DNA of 64,000 nt. Origin: an uncultured delta proteobacterium (GTDB taxonomy: Bacteria > Desulfobacterota > WTBG01 > CAIYCZ01 > CAIRTM01). The position numbers and the translations under genes are program-made. The stretch is taken from positions 214,546 through 278,545 of the forward strand of contig CAWDSQ010000007.1 of the NCBI GenBank assembly GCA_963804955.1, in the 5' to 3' direction. The first letter of the stretch is position 1, and each line of letters opens with the position of its first letter. This document shows, piece by piece, positions 10,226-20,653 of this stretch. The notes under the pieces were generated by a model. The model was not told the DNA's origin, searched no databases, and saw nothing but the letters and a program-made list of their open reading frames with translations.

Positions 10226-10649
10226 ATGCATGGTGGAATAAGAAAGCAGAGGCTACCGGTCTATATTATGGTGGTCCAAGTAAATTAAAAGAAGTCCACA
10301 CTCGCATGTAAACGCCCTGGCCGCAATACGAGACTCAGTTTTTTGCATGTTAGATTTGGTAAGCTTGAATTTTTAAGTCTGTCGCCATTTTTCGCATTTT
10401 GAATTCGGCGGGTTAGCACCCGTCCTTCTATGAGGACCGTTGTCAAGCCTCGGGTTAATTTTTTTTGTTTTTTTCTTTCTTTATCTTTTGATACTCATTC
10501 CGTTTTGGCCGGTTGGGCTTGTCGTTTTCCGGGAACCTTGCCCGGAACCACCTTCTATCCGTGCCGGTATTATAACCGTGCATCCACATACTGCGTGCGC
10601 CAATTGGCGTCAGTCCAACCAGTTTAAGAAGCCTTCAATCTACAAAGAC

Positions 10650-11972
10650 GGTGCTTTTAGACCCAGGGCGGGTACGAAGGGCTTCACCAACTGGAATGCC
10701 TATCAAATCCTTTTCCTCCTGTTGTATGTCCTTTATGCCATCTTCAGTATCGCGCCTTCCGGCACGATGTCGTGATCAACATACTTCCACAGCGCTATGA
10801 GCAGTTTTCTGGCCAGCGCCACGATCCCTATTCGCCTCATCCGCTTGTTGCCCCCTCCAAAGCGCTCATGAAACCACGTGCTTAGCTTACTGCCAGGCTG
10901 CCATCTCAGCCATCCCCAGGCTAGCTCTATCAGCAAAGCTCGAATCCGCCGATTGCCCGCTTTGCTTATCCCTTGCTCAATCTGCATATCCCCGCTGCTG
11001 TAGGGCATTGGCGCAAGACCCGCTGCACCTCCCACCTGCTTCACATTCTTGAATTCCCGCCAGCCAAAAAACTCATAGATCAAATCCCATGAACTGATCG
11101 GCCCAATTGCCCGTATCCGGGCAAGCTTGCTTACCTTGCGCATTTGTTCAGGACTTGCCGCAAGCTGCCGCTTCTTTTCCTCTTGTATCTGCCTCAGCTG
11201 CCGGTCCAGCACCCCTATCCGTTCATACTCCCGCTTCATCTCCTGCACGATATGCTCTGGCAGTTTGCTGCCATCCCAGGCTCGCACTTCCTCAAGCAGC
11301 TTCAGGAATTTACTGCCTACCTCTGCATGTATCCCATACAATACAAGTAATGACTTTATCCGGCTTACATGTGCTCCCCGTTCCTTTAACAGCCGATCCC
11401 GCTCTCGGTTGAGTCGCCGTTCATCTTCCTGTTCCTGTGTCGGAACCCGTACCACACTCCAGACTTTCTGCTCTCCTCCCAAGTGCCGTATCAGCATGGT
11501 TAACAACTTTAACCCATCTACCCGGTCCGTCTTGGCCCGCCGATGCCGCCGGTTCACTTCGATACTGGCCGAGTCCACCACGATATTCTTTATCCCTATG
11601 CTCTCCAAATACCGATGTATCCAAAACCCGTCTCGTCCCGATTCATAACAGCTGTATATGGCGCAATCTTCATCCAGTCTAAAATGCTTCCGGGCCTTGA
11701 CCAGCTCTTCCTTAAACTCTTCAAGATCTGCTGATGTTATTGTTCGCTCCCTCCTGCGTTGCCCGTCCCCAAACGTCAGTTTCCATTTCTTGTTGGACAG
11801 TTCAAGGGATATGTACAAAACCTGCTTACCTGTGCTATTCTTTGCCTCGGTTTGGATCATTTGATTGTTCGCCATGTTTGTCTCCTTTATGCTGAAAGTT
11901 ATTGACGTGACTTTTTCAGCATATCCGAGACGTGACGCCTGTCAAATGATCCGTTCCTTCACAGTATCTACA
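10650..11972 (-). mobile_element. IS110-family insertion sequence (ends approximate; 5' end defined by identity with the truncated copy at 38159-38460)
   Basis: Contains intact DEDD transposase; 5' terminus 'gtagatact(g/a)tgaagga(a)cggatcatttgacaggcgtca…' shared with second copy. Confidence 0.8.
10733..11875 (-). CDS. IS110 family transposase
   Basis: 380 aa; N-terminal DEDD RuvC-like domain, C-terminal …GLAPMPYSSGD… motif typical of IS110. Confidence 0.9.
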   Translation of the reverse strand: MANNQMIQTEAKNSTGKQVLYISLELSNKKWKLTFGDGQRRRERTITSADLEEFKEELVKARKHFRLDEDCAIYSCYESGRDGFWIHRYLESIGIKNIVVDSASIEVNRRHRRAKTDRVDGLKLLTMLIRHLGGEQKVWSVVRVPTQEQEDERRLNRERDRLLKERGAHVSRIKSLLVLYGIHAEVGSKFLKLLEEVRAWDGSKLPEHIVQEMKREYERIGVLDRQLRQIQEEKKRQLAASPEQMRKVSKLARIRAIGPISSWDLIYEFFGWREFKNVKQVGGAAGLAPMPYSSGDMQIEQGISKAGNRRIRALLIELAWGWLRWQPGSKLSTWFHERFGGGNKRMRRIGIVALARKLLIALWKYVDHDIVPEGAILKMA

Positions 11973-12207
11973 GGCTTTGAGCGGCCAGTTGCCGCATGTT
12001 GTGCCTCCCAGCCGCCAGCAATATCTGGCCTCGCACAGAGCTTTAAATGTTGCGTACGGGTCGCCTTTCGTCGTGACAAAATGTGATTTAATGTATTTTT
12101 CTTGCACGCCTAACTCTTTGAAATAACTAAAAGCCTTGGCTTATCTGTAGCTTTTCACCTCTAAGGTCGCCCCGATTAAAGCCGGAGTCGTCTCTGCCAT
12201 ATATTCA

Positions 12208-12236
12208 AGGTCTGCTGAAAAGCAGACCTTTTTTAT
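12208..12236 (+). terminator. orphan plus-strand intrinsic terminator (ggtctgctgaaaagcagacc + T6) with no plus-strand gene upstream; possible sRNA 3' end or terminator separated from its gene by the IS110 insertion
   Basis: stem-loop + U-run. Confidence 0.35.
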
Positions 12237-12385
12237 AGGTTAACCGGTGCCGCAACATCTGCCTATGGGCTCGCAACGCACTGTAATAACTTGACCTTGA
12301 GGCTAATTTTTAGTATGCTTACAATTATTTTCCAGGTTTTGAATATCTGCATTTATGTGCCATACAATCTTATTGGAGGTTTGCC

Positions 12386-13654
12386 ATGGAAGAAATGAAA
12401 CCCGGACCACTGAGCGGCGTGACCATTCTTGATTTCACCTGGGTGCTTGCAGGTCCCTTCGCCACCAGAACACTCGCCGACATGGGCGCCTATGTTATCA
12501 AGGTGGAGCGCTACAAAGACGGCACCAATGAGCGGCATCTGCCGCTGATCGTTGAAAATGAAGGTGTCAAGCAAAGCTCCTACAATATCAATTGCAACCG
12601 CGGCAAAAAAAGTATCTGTATCAATCTCAAGGATCCCAAGGGCATGGAGCTGATTCACGAGCTCATCAAAAAATGCGATGTGCTTATGGAAAACTTCGCT
12701 CCCGGCGTCATGGACCGCCTGAAGCTGGATTATGACTCAGTAAAGAAGCTCAATCCCAAAATCATCTACTGCTCGGTTTCCTGCTTCGGCCACTGGGGCC
12801 CGTACTCCCATAAGCCAGGCTATGACATGATCGCCCAGGGCGCAAGCGGCTGGACCGACCAGAGCGAGATTCCCCAGATCGCGCCCGTCTCCATAGGCGA
12901 CATGAATGCAGCAGTGCATGCAGCCGTTGCCATCTGCGGCGCTCTGTACTGCCGCGAAAAGACCGGCATCGGACAGAACATCGATATCTCCATGATGGAC
13001 TGCCTGTTCTCTTTTCATGAAAACACCCTGCCGTGGTATCTGCTGACCAGCGCCATCGGCAAGCCTGTGGAGCCGCCCCGGATCGGCCGCCTGCATCCGG
13101 GCTATGCCCCGTACGGAATATACAAATGCAAAAACGGCTATATCGTCATCGCCTCCCTCACCCAGCCCCGCTGGGAAGGCATCGTGAAGGCCATGGGCGA
13201 AAAGTACAGCTGGCTGCTTGATGATCCCCGCGCAGCCACCGTTTCAACACGCTGCACACAGGAAAACGCCCCCTTTATTCATGAGGTGGTTGAAGAGTGG
13301 ACCATGTCATGCGCTTCAGCGGAAGAGGCCGAGCGCATTCTTGAAAAGCACGAGACACCCTGCCTGCGCACGCGCACCATCAAGGAGCTTGCCGACAATG
13401 ATGAGCATGTGAAGGCACGCGAAATGATGGTTGAGATCGAACAGCCGTTTGTCGGGAAAATGAAAATGTACGGCAGCCCGCTGAAGATGTCCGAAACGCC
13501 CTGCTGCGTACGCGGCCATGGCCCCCTGCTGGGCGAGCATACGCGGGAAGTGCTCGGAGATGTTCTCAAGTACGGCAAGGAGCAGATAGATGCGCTCTAT
13601 TCAGGCGGAGTTTTGTTTCAGGAGCCTGCCGTGGAAATGCTTGAAAAAAAATAA
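12386..13654 (+). CDS. CoA-transferase family III (CaiB/BaiF)
   Basis: 422 aa; conserved N-terminal …GVTILDFTWVLAGPFATRTLADMGA…. Confidence 0.8.
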   Translation: MEEMKPGPLSGVTILDFTWVLAGPFATRTLADMGAYVIKVERYKDGTNERHLPLIVENEGVKQSSYNINCNRGKKSICINLKDPKGMELIHELIKKCDVLMENFAPGVMDRLKLDYDSVKKLNPKIIYCSVSCFGHWGPYSHKPGYDMIAQGASGWTDQSEIPQIAPVSIGDMNAAVHAAVAICGALYCREKTGIGQNIDISMMDCLFSFHENTLPWYLLTSAIGKPVEPPRIGRLHPGYAPYGIYKCKNGYIVIASLTQPRWEGIVKAMGEKYSWLLDDPRAATVSTRCTQENAPFIHEVVEEWTMSCASAEEAERILEKHETPCLRTRTIKELADNDEHVKAREMMVEIEQPFVGKMKMYGSPLKMSETPCCVRGHGPLLGEHTREVLGDVLKYGKEQIDALYSGGVLFQEPAVEMLEKK

Positions 13655-13674
13655 ACTAAACGTGCATGAAAATA

Positions 13675-13710
13675 AAAAAGGGACGGCCTGCAGGCCGTCC
13701 CTTTTTTATT
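13675..13710. terminator. bidirectional intrinsic terminator (aaaaagggacggcctgcaggccgtccctttttt)
   Basis: perfect palindrome flanked by A- and T-runs between convergent genes. Confidence 0.65.
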
Positions 13711-13727
13711 GCTGCCGCAGCTGCAGG

Positions 13728-14117
13728 TCAGGAGGAGGGGGAATGCCCTTCCAGTTTTTCTATCTGCTTTACGACATATTTGCGCAGCAGATAGGCCTGC
13801 CGCGAAATCCTAAAGAGGTCCTGCTCCAGCATGTACAGGTTGTCCATCTGCATATTCTGGGCAATGGTTTTTATTGAACTGACCTCGCTTTCAATGGCTT
13901 CATGTCCCGGCTCGATATAGTGGCCCTTGTAAAAATAGTCCAGCAGCGAGACGAGATCGGGGGCGTTTTTTTCGCCGCAGCTTTTGCAGACCAACTGCTG
14001 GGTGTCGTTGAGAAAAAGGTCAAAAGGGCGCTGCGGCTCGGTTTTTTTTCCACACAGGGCGCACAGGCCTGCGCTCACGGAACTGCCCGGTTTGATGGCA
14101 AGCTTGATATGTTCCAT
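13728..14117 (-). CDS. hypothetical zinc-ribbon protein (CxxC…CxxC)
   Basis: 129 aa ORF. Confidence 0.4.
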   Translation of the reverse strand: MEHIKLAIKPGSSVSAGLCALCGKKTEPQRPFDLFLNDTQQLVCKSCGEKNAPDLVSLLDYFYKGHYIEPGHEAIESEVSSIKTIAQNMQMDNLYMLEQDLFRISRQAYLLRKYVVKQIEKLEGHSPSS

Positions 14118-14290
14118 GCCATATCCTCCTTTGGTATGTGTGACAGTTTTTATTCTATGTATATTTTAGCATATATTTGTTTGCAATTAACGTTTCCTGT
14201 AGAAAATGTTGCGAGTAACTTTTTCGAAACTCCCGTGTTGAAATATTAGAGTATTGCAGAAAACCATATGCTGATATTAAAAAAGACGAT

Positions 14291-14494
14291 GTGCGAAGGG
14301 AGATTGTCATGAATGAAATATATACCTGCATTGCTTCAGGGCTCCGGGATGCGGGCCTGCCTGCAAGCACATTTATTGTTGAGCAGTATCTGGGGCGCAA
14401 TGATTTCAAAGGGCTTATTGATCTGCTGATGAAAGCGCAGGAGACATGCAGTCTTAACAACCTTATAAGCATTTCATATAAAGCAGTGGTCTGA
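14291..14494 (+). CDS. small hypothetical protein
   Basis: 67 aa ORF followed by terminator 14498-14533. Confidence 0.3.
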   Translation: MRREIVMNEIYTCIASGLRDAGLPASTFIVEQYLGRNDFKGLIDLLMKAQETCSLNNLISISYKAVV

Positions 14495-14497
14495 ATA

Positions 14498-14533
14498 AAA
14501 AAAGAGACAAGCCGCGGCCCGTCTCTTTTTTTA
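14498..14533. terminator. bidirectional terminator (aaaaaagagacaagccgcggcccgtctcttttttt)
   Basis: palindrome with flanking A/T runs between 14291..14494 and cysS. Confidence 0.55.
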
Positions 14534-14561
14534 TCTCTGGCGGCAGATCCATTGAACTTCT

Positions 14562-16037
14562 TTAGTTCTCCTTAAAGCTCCACTGTGTTCCCTGGGCTGA
14601 ATCTTTTAAAATAACACCTTTTTCTGCAAGGCCATTGCGGATTTCATCCGATCTGGCCCAGTTCTTCTCTTTGCGGGCCTGCAAACGCTCGGCAATAAGC
14701 TCCTCGATCTCCTGCTTGCTGATGCCGTGCGACGCGCTGCCCAGCTCCTTCAAATTTTCAAAATAGGCAGCAGGCTGTTTCTGAAGAATCCCGAAAACCT
14801 TGCCGGCACGGGCAAAAACTTTCTGAGCCTCACGGGCAAGGGCTTCATCAAGAGCAAAGCCTGAGTCTTTTTTACACCGGTCAACAATGCCGTTGAGCGT
14901 ACGGGTCAGGCTGTGAAGATGCCCGAGCGCGGCTGCCGTGTTGAAATCATCATCCATGGCTTCCTTGAATTTTTCAGGCAGGCCGCGCGCTTCATCAAGC
15001 GCTGCCTTTTCAGCCGCCTCAAGTACGCCTTCATCCTTTGCCGCTGTTTTAATGGTCTGCAGGTCAAGCAGCAGTGTGTAAAACCGCTCAAGGCCTATTT
15101 TTGCCTCGGTAAGGTTCTGGTCGGAAAAATCAACCGGGCTTCGATAGTGATTGGACAGCAAAAAGAGCCGCACAACTTCGGGATGGTAGCTTTGCAGCAC
15201 ATCGCGGATGGTCAGGAAATTTTTGAGCGACTTTGACATTTTTTCGTGGTTGATATTCACAAAACCGTTGTGAACCCAGTACCGGGCAAAAGGCTTGCCT
15301 GTTGTGCACTCGGCCTGGGCGATTTCGTTTTCATGATGCGGGAACACCAGATCCATGCCGCCGCCATGAATGTCGAATGTTTCGCCCAGGTATTTCTGGC
15401 TCATGGCAGAGCATTCTATATGCCAGCCCGGCCGGCCCTTGCCCCAGGGGCAGTCCCACCAAGGCTCTCCGGGTTTGCTTTTTTTCCACAGCGCAAAATC
15501 AACAGGGCTTCGTTTGCGCTCATCGATATCGACCCGTGCGCCCGACAGCAAATCATCGAGGTTCTTGCCCGACAGCTTGCCGTAGTCTGAAAAATTGCGG
15601 ACCGAAAAGTAGACATCGCCGTCAACCTCGTAGGCCTTGCCCTTGTCGATGAGCGCCTGCACCATGGTGATCATCTCGGGGATATGGTGCGTGGCGCGCG
15701 GCGTGTGCGTGGGCATCTCGACACCCAGCGCCTGCATGTCATTATCAAATTCTTTTATGAAGCGCTCGGACAGCTCGTTGAAGGCAATGCCCTGTTCATT
15801 GGCCCGGTTGATGATCTTGTCGTCAATATCGGTGTAGTTGCGCACGAACGTGACATCATAGCCTGCTGACTTGAGATAGCGCTGGATAACGTCAAAAACG
15901 ACCATGGCGCGGGCATGGCCGATATGGGAAAAGTCGTAAACGGTGACACCGCAGGCATACATGCCGACTTTGCCCTCGCAAAGGGGCACAAAAATTTCCT
16001 TTTTACGGGTCATGGTATTGTAGATTTTCAGTGCCAT
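14562..16037 (-). CDS. cysS: cysteinyl-tRNA synthetase
   Basis: HIGH (…FSHIGHARAM…) and KMSKS (…KMSKSLKN…) motifs, 491 aa. Confidence 0.95.
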   Translation of the reverse strand: MALKIYNTMTRKKEIFVPLCEGKVGMYACGVTVYDFSHIGHARAMVVFDVIQRYLKSAGYDVTFVRNYTDIDDKIINRANEQGIAFNELSERFIKEFDNDMQALGVEMPTHTPRATHHIPEMITMVQALIDKGKAYEVDGDVYFSVRNFSDYGKLSGKNLDDLLSGARVDIDERKRSPVDFALWKKSKPGEPWWDCPWGKGRPGWHIECSAMSQKYLGETFDIHGGGMDLVFPHHENEIAQAECTTGKPFARYWVHNGFVNINHEKMSKSLKNFLTIRDVLQSYHPEVVRLFLLSNHYRSPVDFSDQNLTEAKIGLERFYTLLLDLQTIKTAAKDEGVLEAAEKAALDEARGLPEKFKEAMDDDFNTAAALGHLHSLTRTLNGIVDRCKKDSGFALDEALAREAQKVFARAGKVFGILQKQPAAYFENLKELGSASHGISKQEIEELIAERLQARKEKNWARSDEIRNGLAEKGVILKDSAQGTQWSFKEN

Positions 16038-16093
16038 AGCTTGATCATCCTCACAAAAGCATTTTATTTTCAGCCTGCAGGCTTGCAGGTTGT

Positions 16094-16561
16094 TTATTCA
16101 ACCAGTGCCACGGCCTGCGCCGATATGCCTTCACCGCGGCCTTCAAAGCCCATGCCTTCGGTCGTCGTTGCTTTAATATTGACGGCATCAGGGGCTATCT
16201 GCAGGGCAGTGGCGATAGTGCAGCGCATCCGGTCCATGTACGGAGCCAGCTTTGGCTGCTGCGCCACGATCACGGCATCGATATTGCCGCAGCGCAGGTC
16301 TTTTTCAGTAAGCTTGTTCCGGACTTCAACAAGCAGCCTGATGCTTGAGATGCCCCGGTAGCGCTCGTCAGTGTCGGGAAAATGCCTGCCGATATCGCCC
16401 AGGCCGGCGGCGCCAAGCAGGGCATCGCATAGTGCATGCAGCAGCACATCTGCATCGGAATGCCCGAGGAGACCCTTTTCATACGGGATATGTACGCCGC
16501 CGAGAATAAGGGGCCGGCCCTCCACCAGTTTGTGTGCGTCATATCCTATGCCAACTCTCAC
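16094..16561 (-). CDS. ispF: 2-C-methyl-D-erythritol 2,4-cyclodiphosphate synthase
   Basis: 155 aa; …GIGYDAHKL…[10 protein letters not shown]…. Confidence 0.9.
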   Translation of the reverse strand: MRVGIGYDAHKLVEGRPLILGGVHIPYEKGLLGHSDADVLLHALCDALLGAAGLGDIGRHFPDTDERYRGISSIRLLVEVRNKLTEKDLRCGNIDAVIVAQQPKLAPYMDRMRCTIATALQIAPDAVNIKATTTEGMGFEGRGEGISAQAVALVE

Positions 16562-17256
16562 GTATGCAGCCTCCTGTGCAGTATCGCTTCGGCAAACAGC
16601 AGATCTTCCTGCGTGGTGATTTTAATATTATCGTAGGAGCCCATGATGACCGACACGGGCACGCCCAGCCTTTCAACCAGCGAAGCATCGTCAGTCCCGG
16701 CAAAGCCTTCTGCGCAGGCTCTGCGGTGCGCCTCGCAGATGAGCTCCCGCTCAAAGGTCTGGGGCGTCTGGATAAGGTACAGGCGGTCGCGCTCAAGCGT
16801 TTGCTCGATCACAGCCGTATCTTTTGCAACTATGGTAACCGTATCCTTAACCGGCACAGCCATGGTCGTGGCGCGTTTGCGCCTGGTTATCTCAAGCGCG
16901 TCGCAAATCATCCGCACGGTAACAAAGGGGCGCGCGCCGTCGTGGATCATGACCAGATCGACCTCCCCGGATACAGCGGCAAGCCCATTGCGAACCGAGT
17001 CCTGCCGCCGGTCGCCGCCCGCCACCACGGTCACCGGTTTTGCTATGGCACAGCCCTTCACAACCTGCTGCCGGCAAAAATCCTCCTGGCCCGGGCTCAC
17101 CGTAACAATCAGCTCTGCAATATCAGGTGCTTGTGCAAACACCCGCAGGGTGTGGGCAAGCAGCGGCATGCCCTGAAGCATGATGTAGGGCTTTTTGATG
17201 CTGCCGCCCATGCGTTCACCACTCCCGGCTGCGGTGATAATTGCCGCGGCTTTCAT
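16558..17256 (-). CDS. ispD: 2-C-methyl-D-erythritol 4-phosphate cytidylyltransferase
   Basis: 232 aa; …AAGSGERMG…; overlaps ispF by 4 nt. Confidence 0.9.
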   Translation of the reverse strand: MKAAAIITAAGSGERMGGSIKKPYIMLQGMPLLAHTLRVFAQAPDIAELIVTVSPGQEDFCRQQVVKGCAIAKPVTVVAGGDRRQDSVRNGLAAVSGEVDLVMIHDGARPFVTVRMICDALEITRRKRATTMAVPVKDTVTIVAKDTAVIEQTLERDRLYLIQTPQTFERELICEAHRRACAEGFAGTDDASLVERLGVPVSVIMGSYDNIKITTQEDLLFAEAILHRRLHT

Positions 17257-17340
17257 GTCACCTGCATCTCCATATAAAAAAAGCAGGCCCGAATGATATG
17301 GCCTGCTTTAATATTATCCAAATTTACATAAAAAGAAATG

Positions 17341-17836
17341 CTAATTTTCAAAGATGGCCGCGATATTTTTCTCTACATGATCTTCTGTTGTTTTCTGGGC
17401 TATTGAAAGCTCTTTGACGAGCAGTCCTTTTGCGATATCCATCATACGGCGTTCGCCAAAAGAAAGGTCTTTGCCGATTTTCAGAAGAAACAGGTCACGC
17501 AGCACAGCCGCCACCTCATAGACCGATCCTGTTTTAATGCGATCCATATAATCGCGGTATCTGCGGTTCCAGGTCTGAGCATCCGGAGGCGCTGATTTTT
17601 TATCTTTTAGTATTTTATAAACTTTTGTTGCATCTTTATTGCTGATAACGCTTCTCAATGCCAACCTGCTCGACATTATCAGTCGGCACCATAATGGTCA
17701 TACCATTGCCCAGTATGCGCATTATGTAAAATTTTTGTTTTTTATCGTGTCCAACGGACATATCCTTTTCCTCAACAGCCTCTATAACACCTACGCCGTG
17801 GGTAGGATAGACCGCCATATCGCCTTTTTTAAACAT
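17341..17836 (-). CDS. CarD/CdnL family transcriptional regulator, split in two frames (17636..17914 N-part, 17341..17676 C-part) by an indel near 17640-17676
   Basis: N-terminal MFKKGDMAVYPTHGVGVIEAVEE (RNAP-interacting domain) and C-terminal CdnL-like domain in adjacent frames. Confidence 0.7.
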
Positions 17837-18238
17837 AGAGCAATCCTCCCAATAAAATAAAATATATAATAAAAAAGTTAAGAACTTTGGCTGTTCCGTG
17901 GCCCCCCACGCCAAGTGCAGGATTTGTTATACATAATACAGTACGAAACGGTTTTTTTTCGTGCGGAACAGAAAATAGAATCAACCATGAATCTTATATC
18001 AAAAATTTAAAAAAAAGACAATGAAAAATATCAACTGCTAGGGGAGGGCTTAGGGCTTGATTGAAAAAAAATAAAGCAAATTAAGGACTTTGAATGGGGT
18101 TCTCCGGAGAGGCTTAAAAATGTTTTTATGTGCATGCCGGTAAACGACGGTGCATCTATGGATACTTCGCCGGTATGCTGTGCATGGTAACCCGGAGCCG
18201 GCTTTATGCTGTCTGGCTACAGACAAGGCCCCGAACTT

Positions 18239-18505
18239 TTATCTGTTTATTCCGTTTTGCGTCTGCCGCAGTTCCCGCCGGAGTTTTTTTACCTCACGGC
18301 TGAGCCTGAACCGCTGTACGACATCAAGCAGGTTACCTGCCAGAACACCTATAAAAAACGGCGCAATGACAATTCCCCAGAGGGGGAATGTATCTGCCAT
18401 GTCGCTGTAATAGGTCAGCGTTACGGCCTGGTTGTTGTGCATGGCAAAATAGATAAGAGCAAAAAGAACCGCAACAATGCCGCAGGTGTTAAGAAAAATT
18501 TTCAT
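18239..18505 (-). CDS. LapA (DUF1049) family inner-membrane protein
   Basis: 88 aa, two TM segments, C-terminal basic coiled region. Confidence 0.5.
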   Translation of the reverse strand: MKIFLNTCGIVAVLFALIYFAMHNNQAVTLTYYSDMADTFPLWGIVIAPFFIGVLAGNLLDVVQRFRLSREVKKLRRELRQTQNGINR

Positions 18506-18542
18506 GACGCCTCAATACGCAGCACGCATGCTCTTTAGCACA

Positions 18543-18737
18543 TCAAGCTTTTTGGTCCTGCTGTTTTGATATGATGCCCGCTATCATCTCGCGGCGAAAC
18601 CTCCACGAGTTTCCGACCCTGAATCCCGGCAGGTCGCCTTTTTTGACCAGTTTATAGACCGTTATTTTTGAAAGCTTCAAAAATTCGGCCACTTCTTCAA
18701 CTGTCATGATTTGTGAAGATTCTCTTGATGTTGTCAT
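18543..18737 (-). CDS. excisionase-family (HTH_17/MerR-like) small DNA-binding protein
   Basis: …MTVEEVAEFLKLSKITVYKLVKKGDLPGFRVGNSWRF…. Confidence 0.6.
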   Translation of the reverse strand: MTTSRESSQIMTVEEVAEFLKLSKITVYKLVKKGDLPGFRVGNSWRFRREMIAGIISKQQDQKA

Positions 18738-19371
18738 AGCAAAGCTCTGCTCCCCTGAAATTTTTTTTAAACTGTTTGATGATTAAAAGGATTAGATTTA
18801 ATGCTTCAACATTTTGAGATACCCTATTAATATCTTTTATAACACATAGAAAAAAATAAATCAATAAAAATTTATTATAGCACAATTTAAATAAATAATA
18901 ATAAAATGACCCCATCGAGTTTAAGGCAGTGGCATATAGAGTTTTTCGAAATACACCATATCTGATAGCCGGAAAAGATTTTAGATGAAAAAACGTTTTG
19001 CTTAAAAGTTTCCTGTCAGCATTACCGAATGGGGAGAGTATGCGAAGGAGTCTTCTGCAACTGCTCTATATGACTTTTTTTGCTTTACAAGCAGCACAGT
19101 TGAGTATCGGCTGCAACCGCCGGATGTACTATTCAATATACAGTCAGTTGATTATCTGTTAATAAATTATAAAAAGGCTCGAAACAATGGCTCTGTGACG
19201 TTCATTGCAAATAAGGGTATAAGGGATTATAATAAAATGACGCCTGATGCTTGATTATATTGTCAGGAGCAGGGCAACATGCAGCCATTTTGATTTTTTT
19301 AAGTAGCGCACACGACAGGATAAAACGCCGGTAAGCGAAAATGCAGGTGCAAGCAGAGCACAACAAGAGGA

Positions 19372-19749
19372 ATGCGTATGTATGAGATATCAATTCAGAC
19401 GGTTTTTTCAGCGGCGCATCGGCTGCGGAATTATCAGGGCGATTGTGAAGCCCTGCATGGCCATAACTGGAAGGTTCAAGTGACCGTGCAAACCCCTGCG
19501 CTTAATGACCTTGGCCTTGCCATTGATTTTAAAATGCTGAAAAAAATCACCAATGAAACGCTGGAACGCCTGGATCATGCCTGCCTCAATGATATTGCTC
19601 CGTTTTGCGATATCAACCCTTCATCGGAAAACATCGCCCGCGTGCTTTTTGAAGGCATGCAAGCAGGCATTGCGGCTTGTGGCGTCAGCCTTGTAAAGAT
19701 TTCCGTCTGGGAATCGGATAATGCCTGGGCAACCTATTCTGAAGGGTAA
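19372..19749 (+). CDS. queD: 6-carboxy-5,6,7,8-tetrahydropterin synthase
   Basis: 125 aa; …FSAAHRL…HGHNW… motif. Confidence 0.85.
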   Translation: MRMYEISIQTVFSAAHRLRNYQGDCEALHGHNWKVQVTVQTPALNDLGLAIDFKMLKKITNETLERLDHACLNDIAPFCDINPSSENIARVLFEGMQAGIAACGVSLVKISVWESDNAWATYSEG

Positions 19750-19756
19750 TACGGCC

Positions 19757-20527
19757 ATGTCTCTCAAGGATATACAGAGCCAGAATGACCATCGCCGTAT
19801 AGAAATCGACAAGGTCGGCGTCAAGGGCATACACTATCCCATAGTCGTGCTCGACAAAATGAACAAGGTGCAGAACACCATAGCGACGATCAACATGTAT
19901 GTGAGCCTTCCCCATCACTTTAAGGGCACCCATATGAGCCGCTTCATTGAGGTCCTGAACGCCTATCGCCACGGCATCAGCACGAAGAATATCTCGGAAA
20001 TACTTATAAAAATAAAGGAGAAGCTCCGGTCCGAATCGGCGCACATCGAAATTTTCTTTCCTTTTTTTATCGAGAAACAAGCACCGGTCACCGGTGCTGC
20101 AAGCCTTATGGAATATACCTGTCATCTCGTTGGATCGCACCGCGAGAAGCTCGATCTGATCGTCGGCGTAGAGGTTCCGGTCACAACCCTGTGCCCCTGC
20201 TCACGGGAAATCAGCAATTACGGGGCTCATAATCAGCGCAGCCTTGTGCGGGTTCAGGGGCGCTTCAAGAAATTTTTCTGGATAGAGGATCTGATAGCCC
20301 TCATTGAGCAGTGCGCTGTAAATGAAATTTATCCCCTGCTCAAGCGTCCGGACGAAAAGTTCGTAACTGAAAAGGCCTATGATAACCCCATGTTTGTTGA
20401 GGATATAGTGCGTTCTGTTGCCGCCCGGCTGGAGCTTGACAGCAATGTCATCTGGTATATGATCGAGTCGGAGAATTTCGAAAGCATACATAATCACAGC
20501 GCCTATGCGCTGGTAGAAAAACGATAA
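19757..20527 (+). CDS. folE2: GTP cyclohydrolase I type 2 (FolE2/MptA family)
   Basis: conserved …NMYVSLPHHFKGTHMSRF…; start taken at ATG 19757 just after queD stop. Confidence 0.85.
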   Translation: MSLKDIQSQNDHRRIEIDKVGVKGIHYPIVVLDKMNKVQNTIATINMYVSLPHHFKGTHMSRFIEVLNAYRHGISTKNISEILIKIKEKLRSESAHIEIFFPFFIEKQAPVTGAASLMEYTCHLVGSHREKLDLIVGVEVPVTTLCPCSREISNYGAHNQRSLVRVQGRFKKFFWIEDLIALIEQCAVNEIYPLLKRPDEKFVTEKAYDNPMFVEDIVRSVAARLELDSNVIWYMIESENFESIHNHSAYALVEKR

Positions 20528-20653
20528 CTGCTTGTGCCATAACCGTATGCGACAGCCGTGTTGGCCCGCACCGGATAGCCGGCAGCGATTGTACTGCGGG
20601 CAGGCAGGCATGCCGTCAGCTATGCTAAAACTCATCTTCAAGGAGGATCAGTC

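Noticed and set aside
16534-17277. 247-aa plus-strand ORF
   Set aside because: Antisense to ispD/ispF, which have strong homology on the minus strand.
18915-19371. preQ1 riboswitch upstream of queD
   Set aside because: Could not find the conserved preQ1-I/II aptamer features by eye. Left as a low-interest suggestion for an Rfam scan.
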